From the IMG/VR virus record IMGVR_UViG_3300033067_002319: 20,000 nucleotides of DNA; one strand, 5' to 3'. Below are positions 7,668-16,600 of the stretch, in pieces. Positions within the stretch are counted from its first letter, which is position 1. Each line of letters opens with the position of its first letter. Both the position numbers and the translations under genes were made by a program. This stretch comes from an uncultured virus (IMG/VR IMGVR_UViG_3300033067_002319) (lineage: Duplodnaviria > Heunggongvirae > Uroviricota > Caudoviricetes). The notes under the pieces were generated by a model. The model did not search any database and was not told where the DNA came from. It saw only the letters and a program-made list of their open reading frames with translations.

Positions 7668-9372
7668 CGAAGTAATCGCGCTCACACGCTCTCAGTACGC
7701 CGAGCGCACCCTTCAGTGGGACCTGAAGCCGTACAGCCTCCGCGATTACCCGATGTTCAATGCCATCTACAACGGCAGCTTTCAAAGCTTGCTGTTGAAG
7801 ACGTGCCGCCAGGTCGGCAAGAGCATGACGCTGGCGGCCTTCGCCATTTCGGAGTGCGTGGCGATCCCCGGGTTCCGGACGTTCTTCATCGCCCCGACGC
7901 AAGAGCAGACGCGAACTTTCTCGTCAGACCGCGTCGGTAAGTTTCTCCACTTCTCGCCGCTCATCCGCGACAATTTCCTCGACAACAGTCTGCCGAACCG
8001 GGTGCTTCAGCGCTCGTTCATGTCAGGCTCGCAGATCAAGTTCTCGTACGCTTCTGACGACGCTGACCGCTGCCGTGGTAACAGCGCCGACCGGATCATG
8101 TTCGACGAGGTCCAGGACATGCTCCTGGATGTGATTCGACCTGTGGTGAACGAAACACTTCGTTCATCGAACTACGAATACGAGATTTACTGCGGCACGC
8201 CCAAGACGCTCGAAAACGGCATCGAGCACATGTGGCAGAGCTCGACCCAGACCGAGTGGGCGATCAAGTGCGACAGCTGCGGCCGGCATTCGTTTCTGCT
8301 CTCGGAAACGCAGTGCGGGAAGATGGGCCCTGTTTGCACCAAGTGCCAGGCGTACCTCAATCCGCGCAACGGGCAATGGGTCGATCTGAATCGCCAACCG
8401 CCTGATGAGGACGGAGACAGCAACCAGTACAAGGGCTTCCACATCTCGCGTCTGATGATGCCGCAGAACGTACCTGCGGCATGGGCGCCTGGGACCGAAG
8501 AGTGGAAGCGTGCGCTCCGCAAGTGGAAGAGCGTGCTCGGGGCCTTGTCGGGACCCAAGGCGTACCCGATCGCAACGTTCCGGAACGAAGTACTGGGAAT
8601 TTCCGATTCCCAGGGCACCCGGCTGGTCACCAAGGCCATGCTCGCCGCGATGGCCGACGGGCCTCCGATCTGCGCGAAGCCTAGCAACGCCAACATGCAA
8701 GGCGTCACAAAAATCTCCGCTGGGTTGGATTGGTCCGGCGGCGGATCCGCGCAGGCCACCAAGGATGGCGGCGTCGTGATCAAGTCACGTACGGTCCTGG
8801 TGATTCTCGGCAAGCTCGGCATCGGGCGAACACGCCTGCTCTACTTCAAGATCTTCCCCGGCACCGGACCTGTGGAAGAGATTGAAGAGATCATCGAGGT
8901 ATTGACGGCGTACGACCGCTGGGCACAGAACATGATGTTCATCGGCGCCGACGCTGGTGTGGGTTCGATGCAGATCGACATGATCCGCAAGCGAATGCCC
9001 AAGCCGCAGAGGGTGCACAAGTTTTTCTACAGCGGCTCGTACGGCGGTTACACCGGTTGGAGCCAAAAGAAACAGGCCCGGATTCTGCACCGCACGAAGG
9101 CGATTGACGCCATCATGACGGCCTTCATCCGGGGCGAGTTTCAATGGCCGAAAGAGCCCGAACTGATCATGGAAGAGGCGTACTCGGACATCCTCGCGGA
9201 GTTCGAGACGATTGTTGGAGGCGTGGAAGCACAACGTAAATTGTGGGACCACGCCCCCAACAAACCGGACGACTTCTTACATGGAATGGTGTTTGGGAGG
9301 ACGGCCTTGCAGTTGGCGTGCAACGAGTTGGATCTCACGTCGCACATCAACCCGGATCTTGAGGCTGATTAG
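7642..9372 (+). CDS. terL: Phage terminase large subunit (lambda gpA-like ATPase + RNase H-fold nuclease)
   Basis: Walker A KTCRQVGKS, FIAPT, Walker B RGNSADRIMFDEVQD, coupling motif GTP, two CxxC motifs (CDSC, CTKC), GFHISRL, FRNEVLG, nuclease GLDW and PDDFLH. Confidence 0.9.
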   Translation: MQFSTATSDEVIALTRSQYAERTLQWDLKPYSLRDYPMFNAIYNGSFQSLLLKTCRQVGKSMTLAAFAISECVAIPGFRTFFIAPTQEQTRTFSSDRVGKFLHFSPLIRDNFLDNSLPNRVLQRSFMSGSQIKFSYASDDADRCRGNSADRIMFDEVQDMLLDVIRPVVNETLRSSNYEYEIYCGTPKTLENGIEHMWQSSTQTEWAIKCDSCGRHSFLLSETQCGKMGPVCTKCQAYLNPRNGQWVDLNRQPPDEDGDSNQYKGFHISRLMMPQNVPAAWAPGTEEWKRALRKWKSVLGALSGPKAYPIATFRNEVLGISDSQGTRLVTKAMLAAMADGPPICAKPSNANMQGVTKISAGLDWSGGGSAQATKDGGVVIKSRTVLVILGKLGIGRTRLLYFKIFPGTGPVEEIEEIIEVLTAYDRWAQNMMFIGADAGVGSMQIDMIRKRMPKPQRVHKFFYSGSYGGYTGWSQKKQARILHRTKAIDAIMTAFIRGEFQWPKEPELIMEEAYSDILAEFETIVGGVEAQRKLWDHAPNKPDDFLHGMVFGRTALQLACNELDLTSHINPDLEAD

Positions 9373-10001
9373 GTGAAGAACCGCGTCATGGCGTACTCGA
9401 ACACCGCCATGCCGCGCTTCACGTCGGCGACGGCCCGGTGCTCTTGCAGCGCCGGGGCTCCGAGCGCCGCGTGGGCTCCGAGCGCCGCGTAGGCTTCGTG
9501 CAAGCCCCACACGTCCAGCTTGTACTGGAGTGCGATCTGCGCGGAGAAGCTCTGGAGCTCGATGATGCGCCGGGCCCAGGGATCCATCCACACCTTGCGC
9601 TTCTCGTCCCACACACGAATGCCTGCGTCGAGAAGAGCCGTCTCCAGGAAGCCGCGATCGAAGTAGACGTTCGAGCTGCAAAGCACGCCGTAGCGGGCGA
9701 ACTGGGCGAACTTCTTCCACTGCACGTGAGCTTCGGGTGATCCGACTGTGGGTGCGTTCACCCAGTCCGGATGCTCTTTGTGCCACCCGTTGACTTTGAA
9801 TGCCTCCGCGCCGAGGGCAGCCTGCTTCTCCGTCGGCTTGAACCGCCACACCCGGATGTCAGGGATCGTCGGCCACTTCTCGATCGACATCGGCACCCGG
9901 CAAGCCGCGAGCTCGATGATGACGTTCTCTTTGGGGTCGAGGCCGGTGGTCTCGACGTCGACGAAGAGCAGATCAGGGAGTTTTGTGTCGGGAATGTTCA
10001 T
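9369..10001 (-). CDS. DEDDh 3'-5' exonuclease (DnaQ/RNase T/oligoribonuclease-like)
   Basis: ExoI FVDVETTGLDP, ExoII SNVYFDRGFL, ExoIII HRAVADV. AAGGAG SD upstream; TTG 10004 is an alternative start. Confidence 0.9.
   Translation of the reverse strand: MNIPDTKLPDLLFVDVETTGLDPKENVIIELAACRVPMSIEKWPTIPDIRVWRFKPTEKQAALGAEAFKVNGWHKEHPDWVNAPTVGSPEAHVQWKKFAQFARYGVLCSSNVYFDRGFLETALLDAGIRVWDEKRKVWMDPWARRIIELQSFSAQIALQYKLDVWGLHEAYAALGAHAALGAPALQEHRAVADVKRGMAVFEYAMTRFFT
9455..9490. repeat. Exact 18-bp tandem duplication (GGGCTCCGAGCGCCGCGT x2) inside the exonuclease gene
   Basis: Read directly at 9455-9472 and 9473-9490. It encodes AALGAH/AALGAP in frame. Confidence 0.9.
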
Positions 10002-10227
10002 CAAAACGAATCTCCTTCACATAGCGGGTGAAAATACAAAAATGGTCCTTGTTACCCACCCGTTGGTAAACATGGGAGAACCCATCGTGAGGTTCGTACC
10101 CAATGCCACGCTTCCTGTCAATCTTTCGTAGAAACGCGTACCATCGCGACCGAAGCCGAAGCCACAACCCCAGCTTCGGAGGCGGCACGGGGATCACCAG
10201 CGCCGCCTTTCGGTATGGGTCAATCAC
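9973..10227 (-). CDS. Small basic hypothetical protein (84 aa)
   Basis: The GTG start overlaps the polymerase TGA (GTGA) and the ORF fills the gap to the exonuclease. No motif recognised. Confidence 0.45.
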   Translation of the reverse strand: MIDPYRKAALVIPVPPPKLGLWLRLRSRWYAFLRKIDRKRGIGYEPHDGFSHVYQRVGNKDHFCIFTRYVKEIRFDEHSRHKTP

Positions 10228-13200
10228 GCCGCGAACCCCTTGCTACGCGGGGCGCTCGTGACTTCATCCGGGTTGCGGAGGTCCTCGAAGACTTCCTCTT
10301 CCGTGCAGCCGTCAAGCTGCTGCGTGATCTCTGGCGGCAGGCCCGCGATGTACTTCGCTGCCGGCATGACCGAGCCGTAGTTGGCTCCGAGCTCGACGTC
10401 CCAGCGATACGGCACCGGCAGCCACGGGCACGCCTTCGCGACCCGATCCGTGCCGTACTCCTTGAAGATCGCTGGAACCTGGTGGGCGTACTTCTTCGGC
10501 ACCTGGAACATGATCGAGTCGTGGACTGTTCCGAGCAGGCGCCCGCGCAAGTCCCGCTCAATCACGGGTGCAACCCAGCAGAGCACGGACAAGACGATGT
10601 CCGAGTTCGTGCCCTGGATCTTAAAATTCACTGCCTGACGCTCTGCCTTGGCGCGCAGGCTGTTTGGGGCGTTCTTGATCGAGAAGCGGCGTCGGCGACC
10701 GTGGTAGGTTTCCACGATCTGGAACATCCGCATCTCCCACTTGGTCTGCTCCATGTACGCTTCGAGCGTAGGGAACTTGGTGAAGAGCATGTCGCGGATG
10801 GTCTGCGCCAGGACGAGGTCGATGCCGGCGATGTCGGCGATCTTCTTGATACCTGCGCCGAACAGCAGCCCGAAGACCAGGCGCTTGATGTTGTCGCGAA
10901 GAGCCTTGAGGCGTTTGCCGTACACCTTGTCGGGGTGGAGGTCGTCCTTACCCGCCAAGAAGTCTTCGTACGACCACGCGTGTTCGTCGTCGATTCCCGC
11001 CAGCGCCAATGCGTGCTGGCGGTCCGCGCCCGTCTTTGTACCTGCGACGGCGTCAGGGTTCAGGCACTGCGACGCGAAGAAGCAGTGGGCATCCATCCCT
11101 CCGATCAGCGCGTTGATCAGGGCTTCGTCCATCGCATAGCCGGCGAAGATGGAGACCTCAGCGCCCTTGGCGTCGGCGTTGCCGAAGCACATCGACTCAT
11201 CATCAGGAATGAAGAGGTTCTTGCACTTCACCCCTTCGAAGAGCGGCTTGCCGTTCGCTCCGAGAATGAGCTTTCCGTGCGAGTCACGAAGAGCTCCCAG
11301 ATTCCCTTTCGGGATGTTCTGGTTGTTAAACCCGATCCCTACGACACCCGACGAGCTGGACAGGCGGCCGGTCGAAGTGCCGTTGAGGTTGTAGTTCGGG
11401 TGGATCTTCCCGTCGCCGAACATGTTCGACAGGATGCCAATGTTCTTGAAGAACGAGTTACGCGCCTTGTCGGCCTTCTTCAAGGACATGATCAAGTTGG
11501 CCAGCGGGCACTGGTACCGCATCACCAAGTGCTTCAGAACAGCCTCAGATGTCTGCATCTGACCCTTCTCGGTGTAGTGCCGAGATCGGTACATGATGCG
11601 CCCGCCGACGTACCGGACGAGACCCGGGTTCTTGTCGGCCATTTCCTGGGCGAGCTTGGGGTCAGGGTGGACATACCCGACACCGCCTTCGAACAAGTAG
11701 CTCGCGAGTTTCTTTGAACTGCCGATCTTGAAGGTCTCGCCGCAGAGCTCGTAGACCTTGTTGGTGGTCGACGAGATCGTGTTGTCGAGGGCCTTGGCGC
11801 CCCATTCGAGATAACCCTGGTCGATCTTGACGCCGTTGTACTCGATCTTCCCGAGCTCGACTTGACGCGGTAAATAGGCCATCTGAAGAAGGTTCTTCAG
11901 CGGGTTCTCGTCCGGGTAGAGAACCTTCACCTTGTACTTGCTCAGCTCGCTTCCGGGCGGCGCAAACGAGATCTCATCGGCGACCTGATCCCGCCAACGA
12001 GCCAACTTCTCGTCTTCATCCAGCATCCTGTCCATCTGCTCGAATGCGATGCGCCGCGTGGCGTCGGCGTCGACAGCGGCGTAGAAGACCATCTCGTGGC
12101 GTGAAACCTTTTCGAAGCCGCCCTTGCGGGACTTCTGCTTGGCGGCTTCCTTCTGCGCCGCGCCAGAGAACTCCCCGTTCTTTTTGGCTGCGATGAGAAG
12201 GGCGATGTCGCTTCGCGCTTCGTCGCTCAGCGTGTTTGTCGCGAGCCGTTTCTCCAGTGACTTCACTTGAAACGTTGCAGACTTGATGTACTTCGCGGCC
12301 ACTGCACGATTGAGGGCTTCCACTACCGCCGGCAGCAGCCGGACCTGTTTGACCTTCGTGACCTGTACCAGTTCACCTTCGGCCTCAAGGTCCTCAGCCT
12401 CTGTCTTCTCCAGCTCGTCGTGCAAGCGATCCTGGTAGCCCGCGAGCTCTGGGTGCCTCTCGGCGGTGATCCGCTTGAGGCTGTAGTGGTTCTTCTTGTC
12501 CTCTTCGAGCGTGTGCTCGCCGGAGAGGGTGTCCCACTTCGTGTTGCCGATGGGACCCTGCGGGAACCCCATCTTCCACATGACCTTCTGATCGTACTTG
12601 AGCCCGTGGCCGACCAAGGGCTTGAACGTGTTGATCAGCTCGACGATCAGGTTCCAGGCTTCTTGCGGATCGTACTTCGTCTCCGGGTGCCAGAGCATGA
12701 TCGTCGCAGCACGCCCGGTGTCCCAGGCGAACGATGCCGCAACGACTTGAAGTCGGTCTTCGAAGGGGTGGAGGGTGTTCGTTTCGGTGTCGAAAGAGAT
12801 GGGCCAATCTTTCGGCGCGACGTCCTCATGCCCGGTGTAGTTGGCGATGAGTTTGATCAGCGATCGAACTTCCTCGATCGTCTCGGGGTATACGTAGTCC
12901 TTCTCCACTTCCTCGCGAGGTAGGACTCGGATCTCTGCTTTGGTTGCGATGCGCATGGCGCGTTCAACGTCAGCGAGCACTGAGGAGTACTTGCCGACCG
13001 CGCCCGCGATTGCCTTCAGCGACCGAGTGAACACCACCGTGAGCATGGCGTCGCCGAACGGCACGTTGTCGAACACACGGCCCGTTGCGTCCCTCTCGGA
13101 CTTGGCAGGGACGCCGAGCGAGTGGAGAGCCGTAAGACCGCAGGCGATGACGGTGATCGACTTCTCGCCGCCGTTGGCCGCGCGCCGCAACACGAGCCGG

Positions 13201-13622
13201 TTGATCTCGGTCTTGAGCGGCGTACGGCACGACGCGATCATGTCCTTGTTCGGTTTGTCCACGGCGCACTTGACGCCGTAGATGTACCGGAACCTGAGCG
13301 CATCGAAGGATGGGCGATCCTTCTGTACGTCCTGAATGGCGCGCTGAAGCACCTTCGAGCCATCGTCTCGGAACGACGCATGGAACAGCGACGAGTCAGG
13401 AATCTCCCGGCCGCCGATGACCATGAGCCGAGGGACGGTGGGCACGTCTCCGACAATGACGATGTCTGCGTGATCGTCGCCGGCGGAGTTGGGAAAGAAG
13501 TGGGTGTCTTTGAACGCGGGGCACGTGACGCAGCTGGGCCCTGCTTTCGAGACGTTGTCGGGCCTTGAGCACACCGCGCAGCAGAATGGCGGCGGTGGCT
13601 CTGGGCGAGAGATAGTAGGCAT
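10224..13622 (-). CDS. Family A DNA polymerase (1132 aa): N-terminal UDG-family-4-like domain, 3'-5' exonuclease, polymerase
   Basis: Exo motifs SFDTET, GHGLKYD, YAAVDADAT. Polymerase motifs TSTGRLSS, NQNIP, motif A DAKGAE, motif B RDNIKRLVFGLLFG, NFKIQG, motif C VHDS. N-terminal CxxC, IVIVGDVP, VKC and IASC resemble family 4 UDG. AGGAGA SD. Confidence 0.93.
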   Translation of the reverse strand: MPTISRPEPPPPFCCAVCSRPDNVSKAGPSCVTCPAFKDTHFFPNSAGDDHADIVIVGDVPTVPRLMVIGGREIPDSSLFHASFRDDGSKVLQRAIQDVQKDRPSFDALRFRYIYGVKCAVDKPNKDMIASCRTPLKTEINRLVLRRAANGGEKSITVIACGLTALHSLGVPAKSERDATGRVFDNVPFGDAMLTVVFTRSLKAIAGAVGKYSSVLADVERAMRIATKAEIRVLPREEVEKDYVYPETIEEVRSLIKLIANYTGHEDVAPKDWPISFDTETNTLHPFEDRLQVVAASFAWDTGRAATIMLWHPETKYDPQEAWNLIVELINTFKPLVGHGLKYDQKVMWKMGFPQGPIGNTKWDTLSGEHTLEEDKKNHYSLKRITAERHPELAGYQDRLHDELEKTEAEDLEAEGELVQVTKVKQVRLLPAVVEALNRAVAAKYIKSATFQVKSLEKRLATNTLSDEARSDIALLIAAKKNGEFSGAAQKEAAKQKSRKGGFEKVSRHEMVFYAAVDADATRRIAFEQMDRMLDEDEKLARWRDQVADEISFAPPGSELSKYKVKVLYPDENPLKNLLQMAYLPRQVELGKIEYNGVKIDQGYLEWGAKALDNTISSTTNKVYELCGETFKIGSSKKLASYLFEGGVGYVHPDPKLAQEMADKNPGLVRYVGGRIMYRSRHYTEKGQMQTSEAVLKHLVMRYQCPLANLIMSLKKADKARNSFFKNIGILSNMFGDGKIHPNYNLNGTSTGRLSSSSGVVGIGFNNQNIPKGNLGALRDSHGKLILGANGKPLFEGVKCKNLFIPDDESMCFGNADAKGAEVSIFAGYAMDEALINALIGGMDAHCFFASQCLNPDAVAGTKTGADRQHALALAGIDDEHAWSYEDFLAGKDDLHPDKVYGKRLKALRDNIKRLVFGLLFGAGIKKIADIAGIDLVLAQTIRDMLFTKFPTLEAYMEQTKWEMRMFQIVETYHGRRRRFSIKNAPNSLRAKAERQAVNFKIQGTNSDIVLSVLCWVAPVIERDLRGRLLGTVHDSIMFQVPKKYAHQVPAIFKEYGTDRVAKACPWLPVPYRWDVELGANYGSVMPAAKYIAGLPPEITQQLDGCTEEEVFEDLRNPDEVTSAPRSKGFAA

Positions 13623-13645
13623 TCAGTCTCTCCTGTGGGGGGTTT

Positions 13646-16600
13646 TTAGAGCGTGCCGTTACTTCGACGCGGACGGGAAAGCCCTGGGGGTCCGTCATCG
13701 TTTACGGCACGCGTGCGAGGAGTCTCTTCGGAGTCGGTTCGATTTCCTTCGGGCTTCGGAGGCTCTTTGTAGTGAAGACGAAGTTGGTTGATCATATCAC
13801 TGACGCGTAAAAATGTCAGTTCATTGCCAATGACATGAACTGCCAAGCTCTGTAACCAATTCGTCATCTCGGCCATCAGCGGAGCCATCTCCGCCTTTCG
13901 GATCACGCGCGAGTGCTGATCCATCTGGTACTTCATCTGCGTGGGATTCGCATGACAGTACGGCTCGGTGCGCGTGAGCAAACCGTTGTTGGCGTTGAGC
14001 GAAGCCCAGTCGACCGCAAGCAACTTGTGCTGCTCGTGGTAGTACACGCCGCACTGCGCTTGGTTGAGCTGCCGCCACCGCCCCTCGCTTGAAGCAAGCA
14101 ACGAGGAGATCGAGGACGTAGCTCCGTTTGCGCCCACGCGCACCGCGTTGACGCGCATGATCGTATCGAAGAGCTGGTTCGTCAGCGTGCTTCGCTCTGT
14201 CGCGGCGAGGTGGTCCTGCCGTGTCTTGGTGGCCGCGATGACGAACGCGCGCCAGTCTTCTCCGAGCAAGTCCATGAGCGGCGCGACACCGAAGAAGTTG
14301 CGCAAGAAACGCGAGTCGACATTGAAGCCAATGTCGAGCGCGCCCGTGGACAGCTCGTGCTCAATCGGACCCGAGCGGTCTCGCACACGCTTGTAGTACT
14401 TGAGCAAGCCAAGGGTCATCGTACGGCGTAAAGCAGCCAGGCCTTCGAGGCCGAACTGCTTCTTCAACCCAGCGGCCGGATCAGCCTTGCCCGTGCGCTT
14501 GACGGTCTCGACCGTGTATCGACGCGACGCATCCTGTGCGTCGAACGCGGGGTTGATGGACGCAGTCACGATGTTGGTCTTGATCACGCGCGTGACGGTC
14601 TTGCCGTCGAGGCTGCCGCGCGTGACGGTTGCGCCGCCAGGGAAGATGACCTGACGGAGCAACTGATTGATGTCCTCGACCTGTCGCGACTTGTGCGTCT
14701 GCGGTTGAAGCGGGTCGCGCGTGAACTCCTCCAAGCACATCGCCAGCGTGGTGTACCCGAAACGCTGGTAGAGCGACGCGGGAGTGTAGTCCGCCATGCC
14801 GACTGCCCAGCCGCAGACTTGCAGTTCTGGGTACTGACCCCCGCAGAACAAGCTCAGCAAAGTTGACTTGCCGGACGAAGGCTGCCCGACGAGTTCCAGG
14901 TGGATGCGAGAATCCGAGAGGTGCGGCGCGCTGAGCCCCGCCAGCATGCCCGCGAGCATGAGCGAGTCGACAGCCGTGTGTTGGAACTCCCAGTACGTCT
15001 TGATTGCTTCGGCGAGCTGAAGGAAGGTGTTTCGAAGGTCCGCGACGGTGATGAGGTTGCCTGCTTCTACGTCAGCCGGTGTCGCAAGATCGGGAGAGAC
15101 CGCTTGCGGTTGGATGTCGAAGATCAAGCGCCCGTCGCTCGGCCCGTCCAAACGAATGGCGGTGAGCTCATCTCCTTCAGGCTTGGCGTACTTCGCCTTC
15201 AGCACGTTGGGCCCATTCACGATGTAGAACACCACGCCGTTGGGGGCGTCCACGTCTTCGACAACATGAATACCCTGGCCGAGCGTGCGGCACTCGTCCT
15301 TGAGTGGAACCGCACAGAAGATCGATTGGAAGGCGATCTTCAAGTAGCTGCCAAGCGTACGTTGCAGCTCCTTCACAGGCATCACAAGGCCCGCCCCCTG
15401 TTGCGGCAGAATCCAACCTGGAATCGAGATCTGTTCCGCAAAGTACCGGTACACGTCGCCGGCGACGTTGGCGATCATGGCGATCAACGCTTCGCCATTG
15501 TCGACGAAGGCACGGACAGGGCGCCGCGACGCACGATGAAACAAGTGCAAGATCTGACCCCGCGCCGTCTCCTCGCGGTAGGTCACGTGGAAGTCGCGCA
15601 ACAACCCTTCGGTCAAACGCACAATGAATCCGGCTTCATCGTCCGCCGCTTGGATGATCTCGTTGCGGACAACGCTGGGCGTGAGTCCCAACGCTGCGCA
15701 GATTCGTGTGATGTACTGCTCGCGCTGTGAGTCAACGCGAACACACTCACCGAAAGCCACCGCCACCGTAGTGCGCTCCCGAACCTCGTCGGTGGTGTAG
15801 TGGAGCGCGTCCTCGATAGCACGATCTGCGGCCCACACATCAACGGGCGCGAACCACTTGGCCTTCTCGTCGAACACCACTTTCTTGAAGAGGGGGAAGC
15901 CCCCCATCACAACCAGCGCGTCCGGGTCGCCAGGGGTGCCAGGAACCTCTTTGAACTCGTTCCAACCTCGGAAGACCTTGACGCCGATCTCTCTAGCCGT
16001 TTTAAGGCGCTCGCGGGCCCAGCGCTCCCCGTTCGCGAGCGAGGGGTGATCGCTCATCATGTAGATCTCGTCGATACCCGCATCCCGAGAAAGGGCGTCG
16101 AGGTCGTTGAACGCTCCGTTCGATGCGATCACAGCCCAGGACGAATGTCCGCCGCTCAGAAGGCCTTCGAGCGTAGACAACATGTCGTTCTCGCCCTCGA
16201 CCAGAAGCCAGTTGATGTCCTTGGCCTCATTCTTGGAGAGTCCGCCGAGATACGGAGCCCACAGCCCGAAGTAGCCAATCGGTTCATCGTCAACTGAGCC
16301 AGGCATGAGCAGGTAGTGCCCGTCCTTCTCGTTGTCGAGAGCCGGCTTGCGCAACCGGATACGTCCCGGAGTGCGCATGCCGTGGCCGTTGAAGTACGCG
16401 ACCGCGTAGGTCCATTCGCTCGCAGCGGCAGCTGCTACCTCTTTCACGCGAGCGAGAATCTTCTCGCGCTTCTCCGCGTTGAGCGCAGTGGTTTGGTAAC
16501 GCTTGTAGTCGTCCGTCGCTTGGTTTTCCAGATACTCGGACGCGTACGCGAACAGCATGTGTTGCGGTGGCCATACGCCGTAAGGCAGCGCGCGAACATA

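Noticed and set aside
3660..9380. Invertible segment or mobile element explaining the flipped block
   Set aside because: I saw no terminal inverted repeats, target duplication or recombinase gene. The junctions are interlocked with coding signals, which suggests a long-standing arrangement.
10215..11717. 500-aa plus-strand ORF antisense to the polymerase (likewise 17104-18015, 18269-19369 and 14900-15730)
   Set aside because: Same antisense shadow effect; no SD or domain evidence.
13623..13650. AAAAACCCCCC run as a frameshift site fusing helicase and polymerase
   Set aside because: The run begins within the helicase stop codon. An in-frame TGA immediately precedes the polymerase ATG, which has its own strong SD.
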